A stretch of 64,000 nucleotides of DNA, taken from contig CDRNVI010000016.1 of NCBI GenBank assembly GCA_977017575.1, positions 434,001 through 498,000 of the forward strand, read 5' to 3'. Shown in pieces: positions 10,306 to 20,341 of the stretch (positions within the stretch are counted from its first letter, which is position 1; every line of letters begins with the position of its first letter). The notes below the pieces were generated by a model. That model ran no database searches, was not told the origin of the DNA, and worked only from the letters and a program-made list of their open reading frames with translations. This stretch comes from Paramoeba atlantica (lineage: Eukaryota > Protista > Discosea). Both the position numbers and the translations under genes were made by a program.

Positions 10306-11253
10306 ATGACCAGTACTTACTCTCTGGCGAAATTTCTGACATCTGCTAGAAAACATAAAACAGAGGTTGGCTGGCATAAAATCATTGAATCGCTCCGTGA
10401 GCTTGAAAGGACGGCTCATATGCGGGGCTGTTTTGATCTTGCATTACGCACCAAAGGGACAAGCTCCGATTCTCCAGTAGGTAAAGTACAACAATTAAAA
10501 GTATGGCTTAGTACCCTGCCGTGGGAGATTGAAAATGGACTGAATCGATATCCCGAAACCGGTATGGGTGGAAATAAGCTTCAGGAATCTACTCTATTTC
10601 TACCACATGCAGACTCTACCACTTCTTTTTGCGCACAACTTGATTATTGTTCCAATCAGCCTCACGGCATGCTTTTTTACCACGACAAGCCGTCAACCTA
10701 TCAAGCTCCACATGTTTATTGGATATCCAAAGTTGAGTTTGATCTCGACCTAGCTATGTACAGCGCATCAGGAGAAATTCTAGGGTCATTTCCTCAAGGA
10801 TTGAGGCGTGGTGACACAGAACGAGTACTTCAATGTCCACAGGGAACTCAGTACGTCCTGGAAACGCAGAAAGGGGTGCTCCCCGCTCAGCATAGTGCAA
10901 TTCTTTGTTCCGCGGGGGATAAAAGTTTCAGCGGTCACAGGAGAGTTCGATACACCCCCCCTTTGTTAATCGAAAATAAAGTGGTTAAAAAAAGTAGTTC
11001 ATTAATTGAGTACGATTTTGACAACCTAAGTTCGAACATGGCGTGCGAAATAGCTCTACGACGATCAATTGACGCAGAAGTCATACGCCCTCTGAACGGT
11101 TTTCTTACAAATCGGGATGCTCTTGTCTCCTTTTCGCCACGATTAAGACCTCGATGGTTAATTTATCGAACAACCGACCCTTCGCGCACGCAATTTACAG
11201 TTTCTATTCAGCTTCTCCGAAAGTTAAATCTTACATGTCCTACATTCCTTTAG
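10306..11253 (+). CDS. DUF192-domain protein with N- and C-terminal extensions
   Basis: HGMLFY...YWISKVEFDLDLAMYSASGEI...QYVLETQKG matches the DUF192 pattern GMLF..fWM....pLDi.f....g.i...yVLE..aG. Confidence 0.7.
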   Translation: MTSTYSLAKFLTSARKHKTEVGWHKIIESLRELERTAHMRGCFDLALRTKGTSSDSPVGKVQQLKVWLSTLPWEIENGLNRYPETGMGGNKLQESTLFLPHADSTTSFCAQLDYCSNQPHGMLFYHDKPSTYQAPHVYWISKVEFDLDLAMYSASGEILGSFPQGLRRGDTERVLQCPQGTQYVLETQKGVLPAQHSAILCSAGDKSFSGHRRVRYTPPLLIENKVVKKSSSLIEYDFDNLSSNMACEIALRRSIDAEVIRPLNGFLTNRDALVSFSPRLRPRWLIYRTTDPSRTQFTVSIQLLRKLNLTCPTFL

Positions 11254-11526
11254 CGTAACATTCTTTCAAAAAAGCAATGGAGAGTGCTTCTTTATCACTG
11301 CGCAGTTCATAGAAATAGTTGCTTCGTTAAACGCGGTAGTTGTTTTCAACATACAGGTTGCTTTCAACGTGTACAAGGCACTGCCGCTGCGCGCCTCATG
11401 TTGAAAACTAACCGCATGTTTAACGAAGTGACTGATGATTTCATATTTTAAAGCTGGAAGATAGAGCTGTATTACCGACTTGCGCATATAACGCAAGTAT
11501 ATAAACTTTATGAGGGGCAGCGGGTC

Positions 11527-11570
11527 GCGAGTTTTCACGAGGTTTCGCGAGGTTTCACCGAGGTTTCGCG
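11527..11570. repeat. Short tandem array of the GAGGTTTC core (10-11 bp period)
   Basis: cgcgagttttc acgaggtttc gcgaggtttc accgaggtttc gcg. Confidence 0.85.
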
Positions 11571-11666
11571 TCCACAATAATTTTGTAAGGGTGATTACCG
11601 GAAAATATTGATTATCTATGCCTCATTTTAGCGAAGTGCTCTTTTGATTTATGTACACACATACTG

Positions 11667-11740
11667 TCCCCCCCCCTAGTTCTCAGTCACTTTCTGGCAC
11701 TTCTATTTTTTCGTCGACCCCCCCTAGTTATCTGTCACCT
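11667..11740. repeat. Imperfect direct repeat C(7-9)TAGTT.TC.GTCAC, two copies about 50 bp apart
   Basis: ccccccccctagttctcagtcac at ~11667 and ccccccctagttatctgtcac at ~11717. Confidence 0.7.
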
Positions 11741-11823
11741 TTTAAAAATAGTAATTTTTAAACCCAGATTGAAAGGGGCGAGGGAGATACAAGTAATTTT
11801 TTTTTCGATTTTTTTAGTAAAAT

Positions 11824-11896
11824 GTCGATGTCGGGAATCGAACCGCGGACGTTCAGCGTCAAAATGGAACCACTTTACCAACTGGACTACTCAAAA
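11824..11896 (-). pseudogene. tRNA-derived element or tRNA pseudogene with intact Pol III A and B boxes
   Basis: Minus strand: A box TAGTCCAGTTGG (11889-11878), B box GGTTCGATTCC (11844-11834), 3' CATCGAC-A, then TTTT and an A-rich tail. Acceptor, anticodon and T stems do not pair properly. Confidence 0.6.
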
Positions 11897-12501
11897 GACG
11901 CTCCTTAGTCAACCAGTTTGTCGTATCGCAGACCTTTGCACACGCACTTTTTTTTACTAAAAATGTTCTAAAATTTGGGAAATACGGTTGTTTTAGATGA
12001 TTTTTGGAGTATTGAAGAGTTCATCCAATGACCTACTGCTATGTTTTGGAATTTTGAAAAAACTCGATCTTATACTTCTTTGACGATCTTTTTCAGTTTT
12101 TGGAATTAACCTTAGTAAGCGAGTTAGATACTCCGTATCTCCCTCAATTAAAGTTAAATAGTATAGAGCGAAACAATTGTAAGCCAAAGAACTCTTTTTT
12201 CACGTCTTCTGACCCTTTTGAAAAATAAAAGATGCGCTGCAGATTGTATTGGTTCTCATGTATGGATCGTTGTGCGTGAATCCTCAGTATGAGTATGCCA
12301 CATACATTAACAGATCTCTTAAAATTTTCAATGAAGAGAACCAATGCCTGTGTAGTCGTGATTGTGGCGTTGTTGAACCGATTTTTGAAAGACGTTAAAA
12401 TGAATTTATCCAGCACTGAGTATTGCTGTATTTATATTTTATTTTATTTGCTGAGTTGTTGGACGACAAACACTTGAGCATGGCTTTGAGGGATTTTGGC
12501 T

Positions 12502-12615
12502 GAGTTTCGCGAGGTTTCACCGAGGTTTCAACCTCGTAAAACCTCATTTTCAGGAGGTTTCACTGAGGTTTTACGAGGTTTCGCGAGGTTTCAGAGAGGT
12601 TTCGCGAGGTTTCAC
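12502..12615. repeat. Tandem array of GAGGTTT(C/T), about 8 direct copies plus 2 inverted (AACCTC) copies
   Basis: Cores at ~12511, 12522, 12554, 12565, 12575, 12585, 12596, 12606; inverted aacctc at ~12530 and ~12540. Confidence 0.9.
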
Positions 12616-12638
12616 CCGCAGCCCATCATATTTATATA

Positions 12639-13350
12639 CAGGGGTGGGCACGAAAATGTGGGGGAGGTCAAAATTTCTATAACTTGACCAATTTTGGAAA
12701 GTAGCACCGCATTCAAGAGCTCTTGCAGAGTTACGTGTCATGTGATAGTGCGTTTCCCGCATTTTTTAATTTTTTAAAATAATACAAAAAATCTTATACA
12801 AAAAAGTGCAAAAATCTGCAGTTAGGTCACTTTTTCGCTTTTTCCGTCCTGCTTTTTTTTGGATAGGTCAGAAAAGAGCATTTTCAAATGATAGAAAGGT
12901 ACAGAAACGTGACATGGGCTGTTACAGTTATTGTGGACAAATAAAAGCCTCTCATAATATCTTCCAGGTAAAGAAATATGGTTCAAGCAGGTTGTCATGA
13001 GAAAATCGGAGGGAATTACATGTTGCACTACATTCAGACATTGAATTATGAAAGGGAGAACAACATGGCGTGTTCTTAAGTGCTTTACAGAGCATGTCTA
13101 GGTGAATTATGACTGTACTTGACAAAAATGAGGATCCCTGCGGAGATTATTCACTTTTTTTTGAGTTTTTTGAAGTTGCAATCGTCACTTTTACCCCCTT
13201 TGGCATAGAGACCTACCCCCCTGGATACGGGAAACGCATTATCACATGACACGGAACTCTGCAAGAGCTCTCGAATGCGGTGCTATTTTCCAAAATTGGC
13301 CAAGTCACACGAATTTTGACCCCCCCCCCACATTTTCGTGCCCACCCCTG
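12639..13350. mobile_element. Non-autonomous Tc1/mariner element (MITE), 712 bp, ~120-bp TIRs, TA target-site duplication
   Basis: TA|CAGGGGTGGGCACGAAAATGTGGGGG ... CCCCCACATTTTCGTGCCCACCCCTG|TA; the imperfect inverted match continues across 12639-12759 and 13228-13350. Confidence 0.92.
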
Positions 13351-13715
13351 TATGCGTATGACGCAGTCAGTAATACAGATTATTCAAAACCAGTCTCGGA
13401 GTCTTCATTCCATTGTTTGCTGTTACACCTTTGCCATACATATTACTATGTATATTATTACTATATGTATATTACTATAAGTATAGTAGTCGATTGATTA
13501 GCGGTATTTGAGCGACATACTACGAATTTTTTTTAAACCATTTGTTCATCATCGACCTCTCCAGATGTACTACATTTTTTTCTTTAAACTGCTAAACATT
13601 CAGCAGTTACTGTGTTTCGAAGTAGGTGAATTCAATAATTTTCGCCAGAGATTTATATACTACGACATAACAGTCAGAAGGAAGAACTCTCTCTTATAGA
13701 ACTTGGGAATTTTCT

Positions 13716-14285
13716 ATGCTTTTCCCTACTACTGTGCTTCAGCGGAAAGCCATTGTCCGTAGCAAGACGCGACTCAATGGGGCACCGGGTCCTCTTCGCA
13801 TAAAGTTATTTTCCGATCGTCGGGTACCAGCGGTGCAACGTTTTTCTGACATTATTGTGGCAAGGCGACATACGCCATACAATCCTGGTCGACGTGTCAT
13901 TCACTACATGGGAAAACATGTTCCTCATCCTCAAAAATCTCTTTGGTCTCCTGATAGTCCGATTCCACAGGATCGTCATTTATTTAAAATGACAACTTTG
14001 GACATTGATGCCTTCAAGTATTACTATGGCGTAGCACGAGCTGATCTAGATCCCAAGGTTTGGGAGATTTTATCTCATGCTGGTCTGTTACCTCCCCCAT
14101 ATGAAAAGATTAATTACATGCTTCCTATGCCCATTTTTGATAAATCATCACTGTATCGCTACTATTTAAGAAAAAGACCCAGCGTAGAAGAGCTTGAGAG
14201 GCGAGACTATTTGGATTATAGCAACGGAATGGTTCGAACACCAGAGGAGCGAGCTGCTCGAATGCCGCAGGAGCCTTGGCTATAA
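13716..14285 (+). CDS. Mitochondrial ribosomal protein bS16m (kinetoplastid-type, extended)
   Basis: LRIKL...FSDIIVARRH...GRRVIHYMGKHVP and LDIDAFKYYYGVARADLDPKVWEILSHAGLL align by eye with S16 IRL...Y.IVva..r..dG..iE.lG.Y.P and ld.e...yW...GA.....V..Ll..aGl. Confidence 0.65.
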   Translation: MLFPTTVLQRKAIVRSKTRLNGAPGPLRIKLFSDRRVPAVQRFSDIIVARRHTPYNPGRRVIHYMGKHVPHPQKSLWSPDSPIPQDRHLFKMTTLDIDAFKYYYGVARADLDPKVWEILSHAGLLPPPYEKINYMLPMPIFDKSSLYRYYLRKRPSVEELERRDYLDYSNGMVRTPEERAARMPQEPWL

Positions 14286-14630
14286 GACAAGACGAAACAC
14301 GTACCTTAAAATGGGGCATAGTGAATAATGGCCCGAACGATATTTTATTCACGTTTCTGTCATTAAGTTTTGGCACATTGTTCTTTACTTGGTGCGTAGA
14401 GAATGTAATGCAGAGCAGTCTGCATCCGGGACGTACTGTGCACTCTAAAGTTTCCAAACATATATTTATGTTGCGTATATTTTTTTATGGATTTCTTTTA
14501 CGGATTTTACGTTTTTTTACTATGATGTTCACTTTTTTATAAATTGTGTGTGCAATTTAAGTAGTGTGCGTCCATTTTTTTAAAATTTTGATCCTATCGA
14601 TCGTATTCCAAGGGGCGATCTTGATTTCTC

Positions 14631-15752
14631 ATGCATAGCACGAAAAAACGAAGTAGTGCAAAGAAAGATACAAATGAGTCCTCGAAATTAGCGAAAAAAG
14701 TTCGTGGCAAGGGCATCAAAGGCTCCGTAACGCAGAAAGTTGTTACGGACGAAGCCACCCAGGTGAACCCACTTTGTGTCGGATGCGAAGCCGTAATAGG
14801 AGAGTCAGTGTCGTGTCGTTGTACATGTTGCGAACAGGTTTTTCATAGAGAGTGTGTTCTCTATTTGGGAAACAACAGGATGAAACCACGGATTCGAATA
14901 AAATGTCCTTATTGTCTTTTTCAAGAACGAGTCATTAGCAACCATGATTTGGATTCAACACTCTTGGGAGAAGCTAAAACATTCAACAAACAGGGGTATG
15001 TCGTTCCTACTTGCTTGGGCTTCTTATCCAGAGAGGCGAAGGATTTACAAGTTCTCATTATGAACGAGTTTGATCGTCTCTCTGAGGCATTTGCCTACCA
15101 AACTCGAGTACTTGATCCAACCGAAGGATTTTCGAACTTTAGGCAAAGGGGCTCGGGGCGCTTTGAGATTATTCCGCATTGGCTTCAGAATTATGTTGAT
15201 GAAAAACTTTCGCCACTTCCGTGGCTACCGCTTGTAAGAGCTATATTAGGTCCCGATTTCGTGTCACATGGGATGGGTGTTTTTATCAGTATGCCCGGTG
15301 CAGAAGCACAAAAGTATCACACGGACGGACCTTGCTTGGACTACACGCGGGATCTACCGTGCCATGCACTGAACGTGTTCGTAGCTTTGGACGACGTAGG
15401 CCCGAAAAACGGTACTGAAATTATTCCAGAATCTCACCGAAAGTATATGACGGAAAGCAGTGATCGACCTCTTTTTTCTAAGAAGCCTTTGAAAAAAAAG
15501 AAATCGTCTTCGACCCCAATACAGAATAGGGAAACCTTTCCTAGGAGACCAACTAAAGATTCAGTGGTACCTGTCGTCACCAGTGGTGACATTTACCTGT
15601 TTGATTATCGAGTGCGACATCGCGGAGTCAGAAATGCGACAGGAATGTCACGACCATGTGTGTATTTCACGTACACCGTGCCTTGGTATCACGACGTATA
15701 TAACTTTAGCAAGAGGAGGTACAGAAGTGCTTTAATTCCAGTAGCGGAATAG
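14631..15752 (+). CDS. PHD finger fused to a PhyH-family 2OG/Fe(II) dioxygenase
   Basis: C4HC3: CVGC...CTCC-EQVF-H-RE-C...CPYC. Dioxygenase: FNKQGYVV, PGAEAQKYHTDG (HxD), ALNVFVALDDV..KNGTEIIPESHR, GDIYLFDYRVRHRGVRN...RPCVYFTY. Confidence 0.85.
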   Translation: MHSTKKRSSAKKDTNESSKLAKKVRGKGIKGSVTQKVVTDEATQVNPLCVGCEAVIGESVSCRCTCCEQVFHRECVLYLGNNRMKPRIRIKCPYCLFQERVISNHDLDSTLLGEAKTFNKQGYVVPTCLGFLSREAKDLQVLIMNEFDRLSEAFAYQTRVLDPTEGFSNFRQRGSGRFEIIPHWLQNYVDEKLSPLPWLPLVRAILGPDFVSHGMGVFISMPGAEAQKYHTDGPCLDYTRDLPCHALNVFVALDDVGPKNGTEIIPESHRKYMTESSDRPLFSKKPLKKKKSSSTPIQNRETFPRRPTKDSVVPVVTSGDIYLFDYRVRHRGVRNATGMSRPCVYFTYTVPWYHDVYNFSKRRYRSALIPVAE

Positions 15753-16284
15753 CAATCGTTCAACTTGTATAAAATAGATCCTTATACAGTCTTCATGAAA
15801 CATGCCTGTGACTTACTGCTCGAATGTGTTTATGATCGTTCGCCTAACGGGGTTTGATCGGTTTTAGGGGTTGCATTGGGTTTGATTTTATGAATAAATT
15901 CATAAACTAAAGTTGCGTACCTTCCTACCAAATTTTTAAACTGAATCAGATGTACAGTTCGCCGAGTATAGAAAGATACGTACGGCATGATATTTTTGGT
16001 TGTGTTCTAAATTGAACTTTGAAGTGGTTAAAAGTAAGAGTACAAGTGATGGGTATATTCTTTAAATGACATAGTGTTAGTACTTCCATTCTATTTGATA
16101 TTTGCATTTGATTTTGGTGATGTGATTTTTGGTCTACGAAGCCAATTTTCATACCAATTTATTTCACGGAAATATCTGACGTACAGAACTGAAACACCTG
16201 GTGTACTGTCATGCTCTGTAAATTTGAAGCGGTTGCATTAATTTCCAATTGTCTAGTATCACTTTCCTATAGTCTACCTGTATC

Positions 16285-18684
16285 ATGCAAGTTATTAAGC
16301 ACGATGGGACGTCTGCCCCACTTGATGCGACGAAGCTTAAGACACGGGTTACTCACGTTCTGGGTTCAGACATCGATAGGAATTATGTGGATCCCGATGT
16401 TGTCGTCGATGCTACAGTAAAAGGGGCGCACAACAATATGACTACCGCGAAGCTCGACGAATTACTTTGCCAAACGGCGGCGTACCTGTCCACAAAACAT
16501 CCAGATTACGGATTGCTTGCCGGTCGGCTGGCTGTCACAAGCTTAAGGAAGCGTACCCCATCTTCTTTTTCTCAGGCAGTTGAGTTGCTCAAAAATTATA
16601 TCAATCCTAAAAACAACGCGGCAAATCCGTTAGTTTCTAATGAATTGTACGAAATTGTTAAGTCTAATGCTCAACGCCTGAATGACGCAATCAGGCAGGA
16701 AAGAGACCTCACCTACGAATACTTCGGCTTCAAAACACTCGAACGGTCTTACCTAATACGGACAGAAAACAAAGATGGATCATCTCAGGTGGTGGAAAGG
16801 CCGCAATACATGTTGATGAGAGTTGCAATCGGTATCCACGGACCCGATTTAAAGCGCGCATTACAAACCTATGAGTACCTCTCGCTCGGACTCTTCACGC
16901 ATGCTACCCCAACTCTGTACAACGCTGGAACGCCCCGTCCTCAAATGAGCTCCTGTTTCCTCATTGCTCTCAAAGAGGATTCCATCGAAGGAATTTATGA
17001 CACGCTGAAGACTTGTGCCCTTATTAGCAAGAATTCCGGAGGCATCGGACTGCACGTTCATGCGTGTCGTAGCGCAGGGTCCTATATTCGTGGTACAAAT
17101 GGAGAATCGAATGGGCTTGTGCCAATGCTGCGCGTGTTCAACGATACAGCACGTTACGTTGACCAAGGTGGGGGAAAGCGCAAAGGATCATTTGCGATCT
17201 ACTTGGAGCCGTGGCATGCAGATATAATTGAATTCCTTCAGCTTAAGAAAAACACTGGAAAAGAAGAAATTCGAGCCCGCGACCTATTTTATGGTCTGTG
17301 GATGCCAGACCTTTTTATGAAGCGCGTGCAGACAAAAGGCAAGTGGTCGTTGTTTGATCCGAAACGTGCTCCAGGCCTAAGTGATACTTGGGGAAAAGAT
17401 TTTGAGAAGCTCTACGAGCGCTATGAATCCGAAGGGAAGGCACAGAAAGTGATCGAGGCGCAGGAACTATGGTTCGCAATTATTGAATCTCAGATAGAAA
17501 CCGGAACACCGTATATTATGTACAAGGATAGTTGCAATGCGAAAACGAACCAACAAAACTTGGGAACCATCAAATGCAGTAATTTATGTACCGAGATCGT
17601 TGAGTACACAGCTCCCGATGAAGTAGCTGTTTGTAATCTGGCTTCCCTTGCTTTGCCAAAGTTTGTGAATCCTGATCGAAAAAGTTTTGACTTCGACAAG
17701 CTTCGACAAATCGTGCGCACGGCAACAAGAAATCTAAATCTTGTAATTGACAAAAACTTTTATCCTGTTCCAGAAGCCGAGCGCAGCAACATGAGGCACC
17801 GACCCATCGGACTCGGCGTGCAGGGACTTGCCGACGTATTCCTTATGATGCACCTTCCCTTCACATGTCCTGAAGCGCAAACCTTGAATGAGGACATATT
17901 CGAAACTATATATTTCGCTGCTTTGGAGGAAAGCTGTACCGTCGCCGAGGAGTCTGGGCCTTATCAGACATATGAAGGATCGCCGGTTAGCAAAGGCATC
18001 CTGCAATTTGATATGTGGGGAAGAAAACCCAAAAGTGGGCGATGGGATTGGGAAGGCTTGCGCAAGAGCATTGCGATCACAGGAATCCGGAACTCTCTAC
18101 TTGTGGCTCCGATGCCAACGGCTTCTACTTCTCAAATTCTTGGCAACAATGAATGCTTTGAGCCATATACCAGTAACATGTACCTTCGCAGAGTGCTCAG
18201 CGGAGAGTTTCCTGTGATCAACAAGCATCTTGTCCGAGACCTTGTTTCTGAAGGGCTTTGGAATGAGGAAACTCGGAATCAGCTTATGGCGGACAATGGT
18301 AGTGTACAAAAGATCTCTGGACTCACCTCTGCCCTCAAAGACATTCATCGTACAGTGTGGGAAATAAAGCAAAAAGATATTATAGACATGGCTGCTGCAC
18401 GAGCTGCATATATTGATCAGTCTCAAAGCCTCAATCTGTTTCTTGAGTCTCCAACAAGTGGAATGCTTACTTCAATGCACTTTTATGCCTGGAAAATGGG
18501 TCTGAAAACTGGAATATATTACCTGCGCTCTCGTCCTGCAGTCGACGCAATTAAATTTACAGTGGACTCCACGTCACTGAAGACCTCTGGGACGAAACGA
18601 CCGATGCAAGATAATGCTGCAGATTCAACTAAGGCAGCGAAAAGCTCCCCAGTTGAGGAAGAATGCATCGCCTGCGGTTCATAG
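16285..18684 (+). CDS. RNR1: Ribonucleoside-diphosphate reductase large subunit (class Ia) with ATP cone
   Basis: ATP cone (MQVIKHDG...), [67 protein letters not shown]-terminal CIACGS. Confidence 0.99.
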   Translation: MQVIKHDGTSAPLDATKLKTRVTHVLGSDIDRNYVDPDVVVDATVKGAHNNMTTAKLDELLCQTAAYLSTKHPDYGLLAGRLAVTSLRKRTPSSFSQAVELLKNYINPKNNAANPLVSNELYEIVKSNAQRLNDAIRQERDLTYEYFGFKTLERSYLIRTENKDGSSQVVERPQYMLMRVAIGIHGPDLKRALQTYEYLSLGLFTHATPTLYNAGTPRPQMSSCFLIALKEDSIEGIYDTLKTCALISKNSGGIGLHVHACRSAGSYIRGTNGESNGLVPMLRVFNDTARYVDQGGGKRKGSFAIYLEPWHADIIEFLQLKKNTGKEEIRARDLFYGLWMPDLFMKRVQTKGKWSLFDPKRAPGLSDTWGKDFEKLYERYESEGKAQKVIEAQELWFAIIESQIETGTPYIMYKDSCNAKTNQQNLGTIKCSNLCTEIVEYTAPDEVAVCNLASLALPKFVNPDRKSFDFDKLRQIVRTATRNLNLVIDKNFYPVPEAERSNMRHRPIGLGVQGLADVFLMMHLPFTCPEAQTLNEDIFETIYFAALEESCTVAEESGPYQTYEGSPVSKGILQFDMWGRKPKSGRWDWEGLRKSIAITGIRNSLLVAPMPTASTSQILGNNECFEPYTSNMYLRRVLSGEFPVINKHLVRDLVSEGLWNEETRNQLMADNGSVQKISGLTSALKDIHRTVWEIKQKDIIDMAAARAAYIDQSQSLNLFLESPTSGMLTSMHFYAWKMGLKTGIYYLRSRPAVDAIKFTVDSTSLKTSGTKRPMQDNAADSTKAAKSSPVEEECIACGS

Positions 18685-19162
18685 CATCAAAAAATCAAGC
18701 TACGCTATCGCAATTCGTTGTTTCATATTTTGCGCTACTATAGTACAATAGAGAAAATATATGCAAATGATAAGACTAGTATTTGTTCTCCTCGTATCCC
18801 TCCACGTATACGTAGAATGATAGGTAAAGTTATATTTTTTTTGCAGACAGGCAGACCGGCAAAAATAGAGTTTAACGATATAAATACTAAAGAGGCGTTC
18901 TGATAGGTTTTATACTAGTCAATTTATAGTGTAGAATAATGCACCGTACACAATGATTTCGTCGCAGATATGTTTCTAAACGATGTTTCTTCAATGCTTA
19001 AACATTCCAAATAGTTTGTGCGAACAATTATGAAGTGAATACTGTTCAGAACGGTGCCTATTTTTCAGAAAATTTCTCCAAAAATTCTGCATGTGAGCAT
19101 GACAACCGCTAAATGTTTGGAATTTGTAGAGTTCATTAAATTCTATTTGTAATTATTTCTGC

Positions 19163-19795
19163 ATGTCTTGCCACTTCTTTGCGTCTGATATTCAACGATT
19201 TTTCATTCTCCCTAGGAGAAAAATCAAGTGTACGTTTTTAACACATACGACTAGGGATACTTCATCCTCTGGTTTGCAGGAAGGGCCACCTGATGATTCT
19301 GAATCATATTCTACAACGGACGAACGTGTCTCCCTCAAGCATGCGACTGATCACGACAACAACGATACGAAGGGATCGAGAATGACCAATTACGCGAATA
19401 GAATACGATTTGCAAAGAATTATGAGAAATACAAACGTTTAGATGCGGAAACTCCTTTTGGGAAGTTGCGTCGTTCACTCCCAGCTGTGAGCAGAACTCT
19501 GCAGTTTTCTGGAAGTCCTTTTTCTGACGAAGAATATGCGACACGTTGCTGGGGATGGTACAGAAACGATGTCGTCAGCCTACTGGGGCCTCAAGATAAG
19601 AGGGATATTTGGACATGTGTAAGATGTCTTCAAGAGAATCCTATTTGCACTACCTCTTGTGACTACTGTCATCTGGAGCGATCGATGAAATCGTTGTACA
19701 CACATTATTGGGAGTGTAAAATATGTGGAGCTTGTTTTAAGCATCTACTAACCCGGTGTTCCCGTTGCAATTCTTATGTTATATCGAAGTGTTAA
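19163..19795 (+). CDS. Protein with two RanBP2-type zinc fingers; possible mitochondrial presequence
   Basis: WTCVRCLQENPICTTSCDYC is an exact W-x-C-x2-C-x3-N-x6-C-x2-C; WECKICGACFKHLLTRCSRC has the same spacing with N replaced by F. Confidence 0.7.
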   Translation: MSCHFFASDIQRFFILPRRKIKCTFLTHTTRDTSSSGLQEGPPDDSESYSTTDERVSLKHATDHDNNDTKGSRMTNYANRIRFAKNYEKYKRLDAETPFGKLRRSLPAVSRTLQFSGSPFSDEEYATRCWGWYRNDVVSLLGPQDKRDIWTCVRCLQENPICTTSCDYCHLERSMKSLYTHYWECKICGACFKHLLTRCSRCNSYVISKC

Positions 19796-20341
19796 ACTTG
19801 CTTAGAAAACGGTACGGCTATAAAGTTTTTATTTAGCCGGATTCTCGATATTAATACAGCGCATGTAGTACTGTTGCAAATTGTACATCAAGTTGTTGAT
19901 AAATTCAATATGCATATTTATCATTTCATCTTTATTTCATTTTATAGTATTTTTGCCCTATGTTATTTTGCTTTATTTGTTTGCTTGCGCTTTATCTTTC
20001 TTTATCTCGTTTGTTTTTTTCTCAAAGTGCTATCGTGATGAGCTATCATGTACCTTGTTACTTGCTCTGTAAATGTCAACAATTCTGACCGTCATAATCG
20101 TCTAATGACTCATTCGACTACTTCATCATTTCTAGAATGTGCTATTTGTGACTCTTTTATTTATGACTCGTTCAATGTAGACGTGTCTATGATACTTTAA
20201 AATTGGTGAAGAAAGAAAACGTTTTATACGAAAAGTTCTGTGTTTAATAAATCTCCCCTATAGCTTAAACGGAGGACTACGTTGCATGAACTAATTTTTT
20301 AAGGAAACTACTTTCCATGAATGTATAGTTCTTGAGCGAAT

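Noticed and set aside
11824-11896. Functional tRNA gene
   Set aside because: The 5' acceptor strand (TTTTGAG) does not pair with CATCGAC, the T stem has several mismatches, and there is no clean 7-nt anticodon loop; kept only as a tRNA-derived element.
12502-12615. Interstitial telomeric repeat or CRISPR
   Set aside because: The core GAGGTTTC is not TTAGGG, and the linkers are only 2-3 nt.
11266-13699. Small ORFs in the repeat island (e.g. 12571-12762, 13246-13497, 12496-12687)
   Set aside because: They are translations of the TIRs and GAGGTTTC arrays; the shared MTRNSARALECGA peptide simply reflects the inverted repeat.
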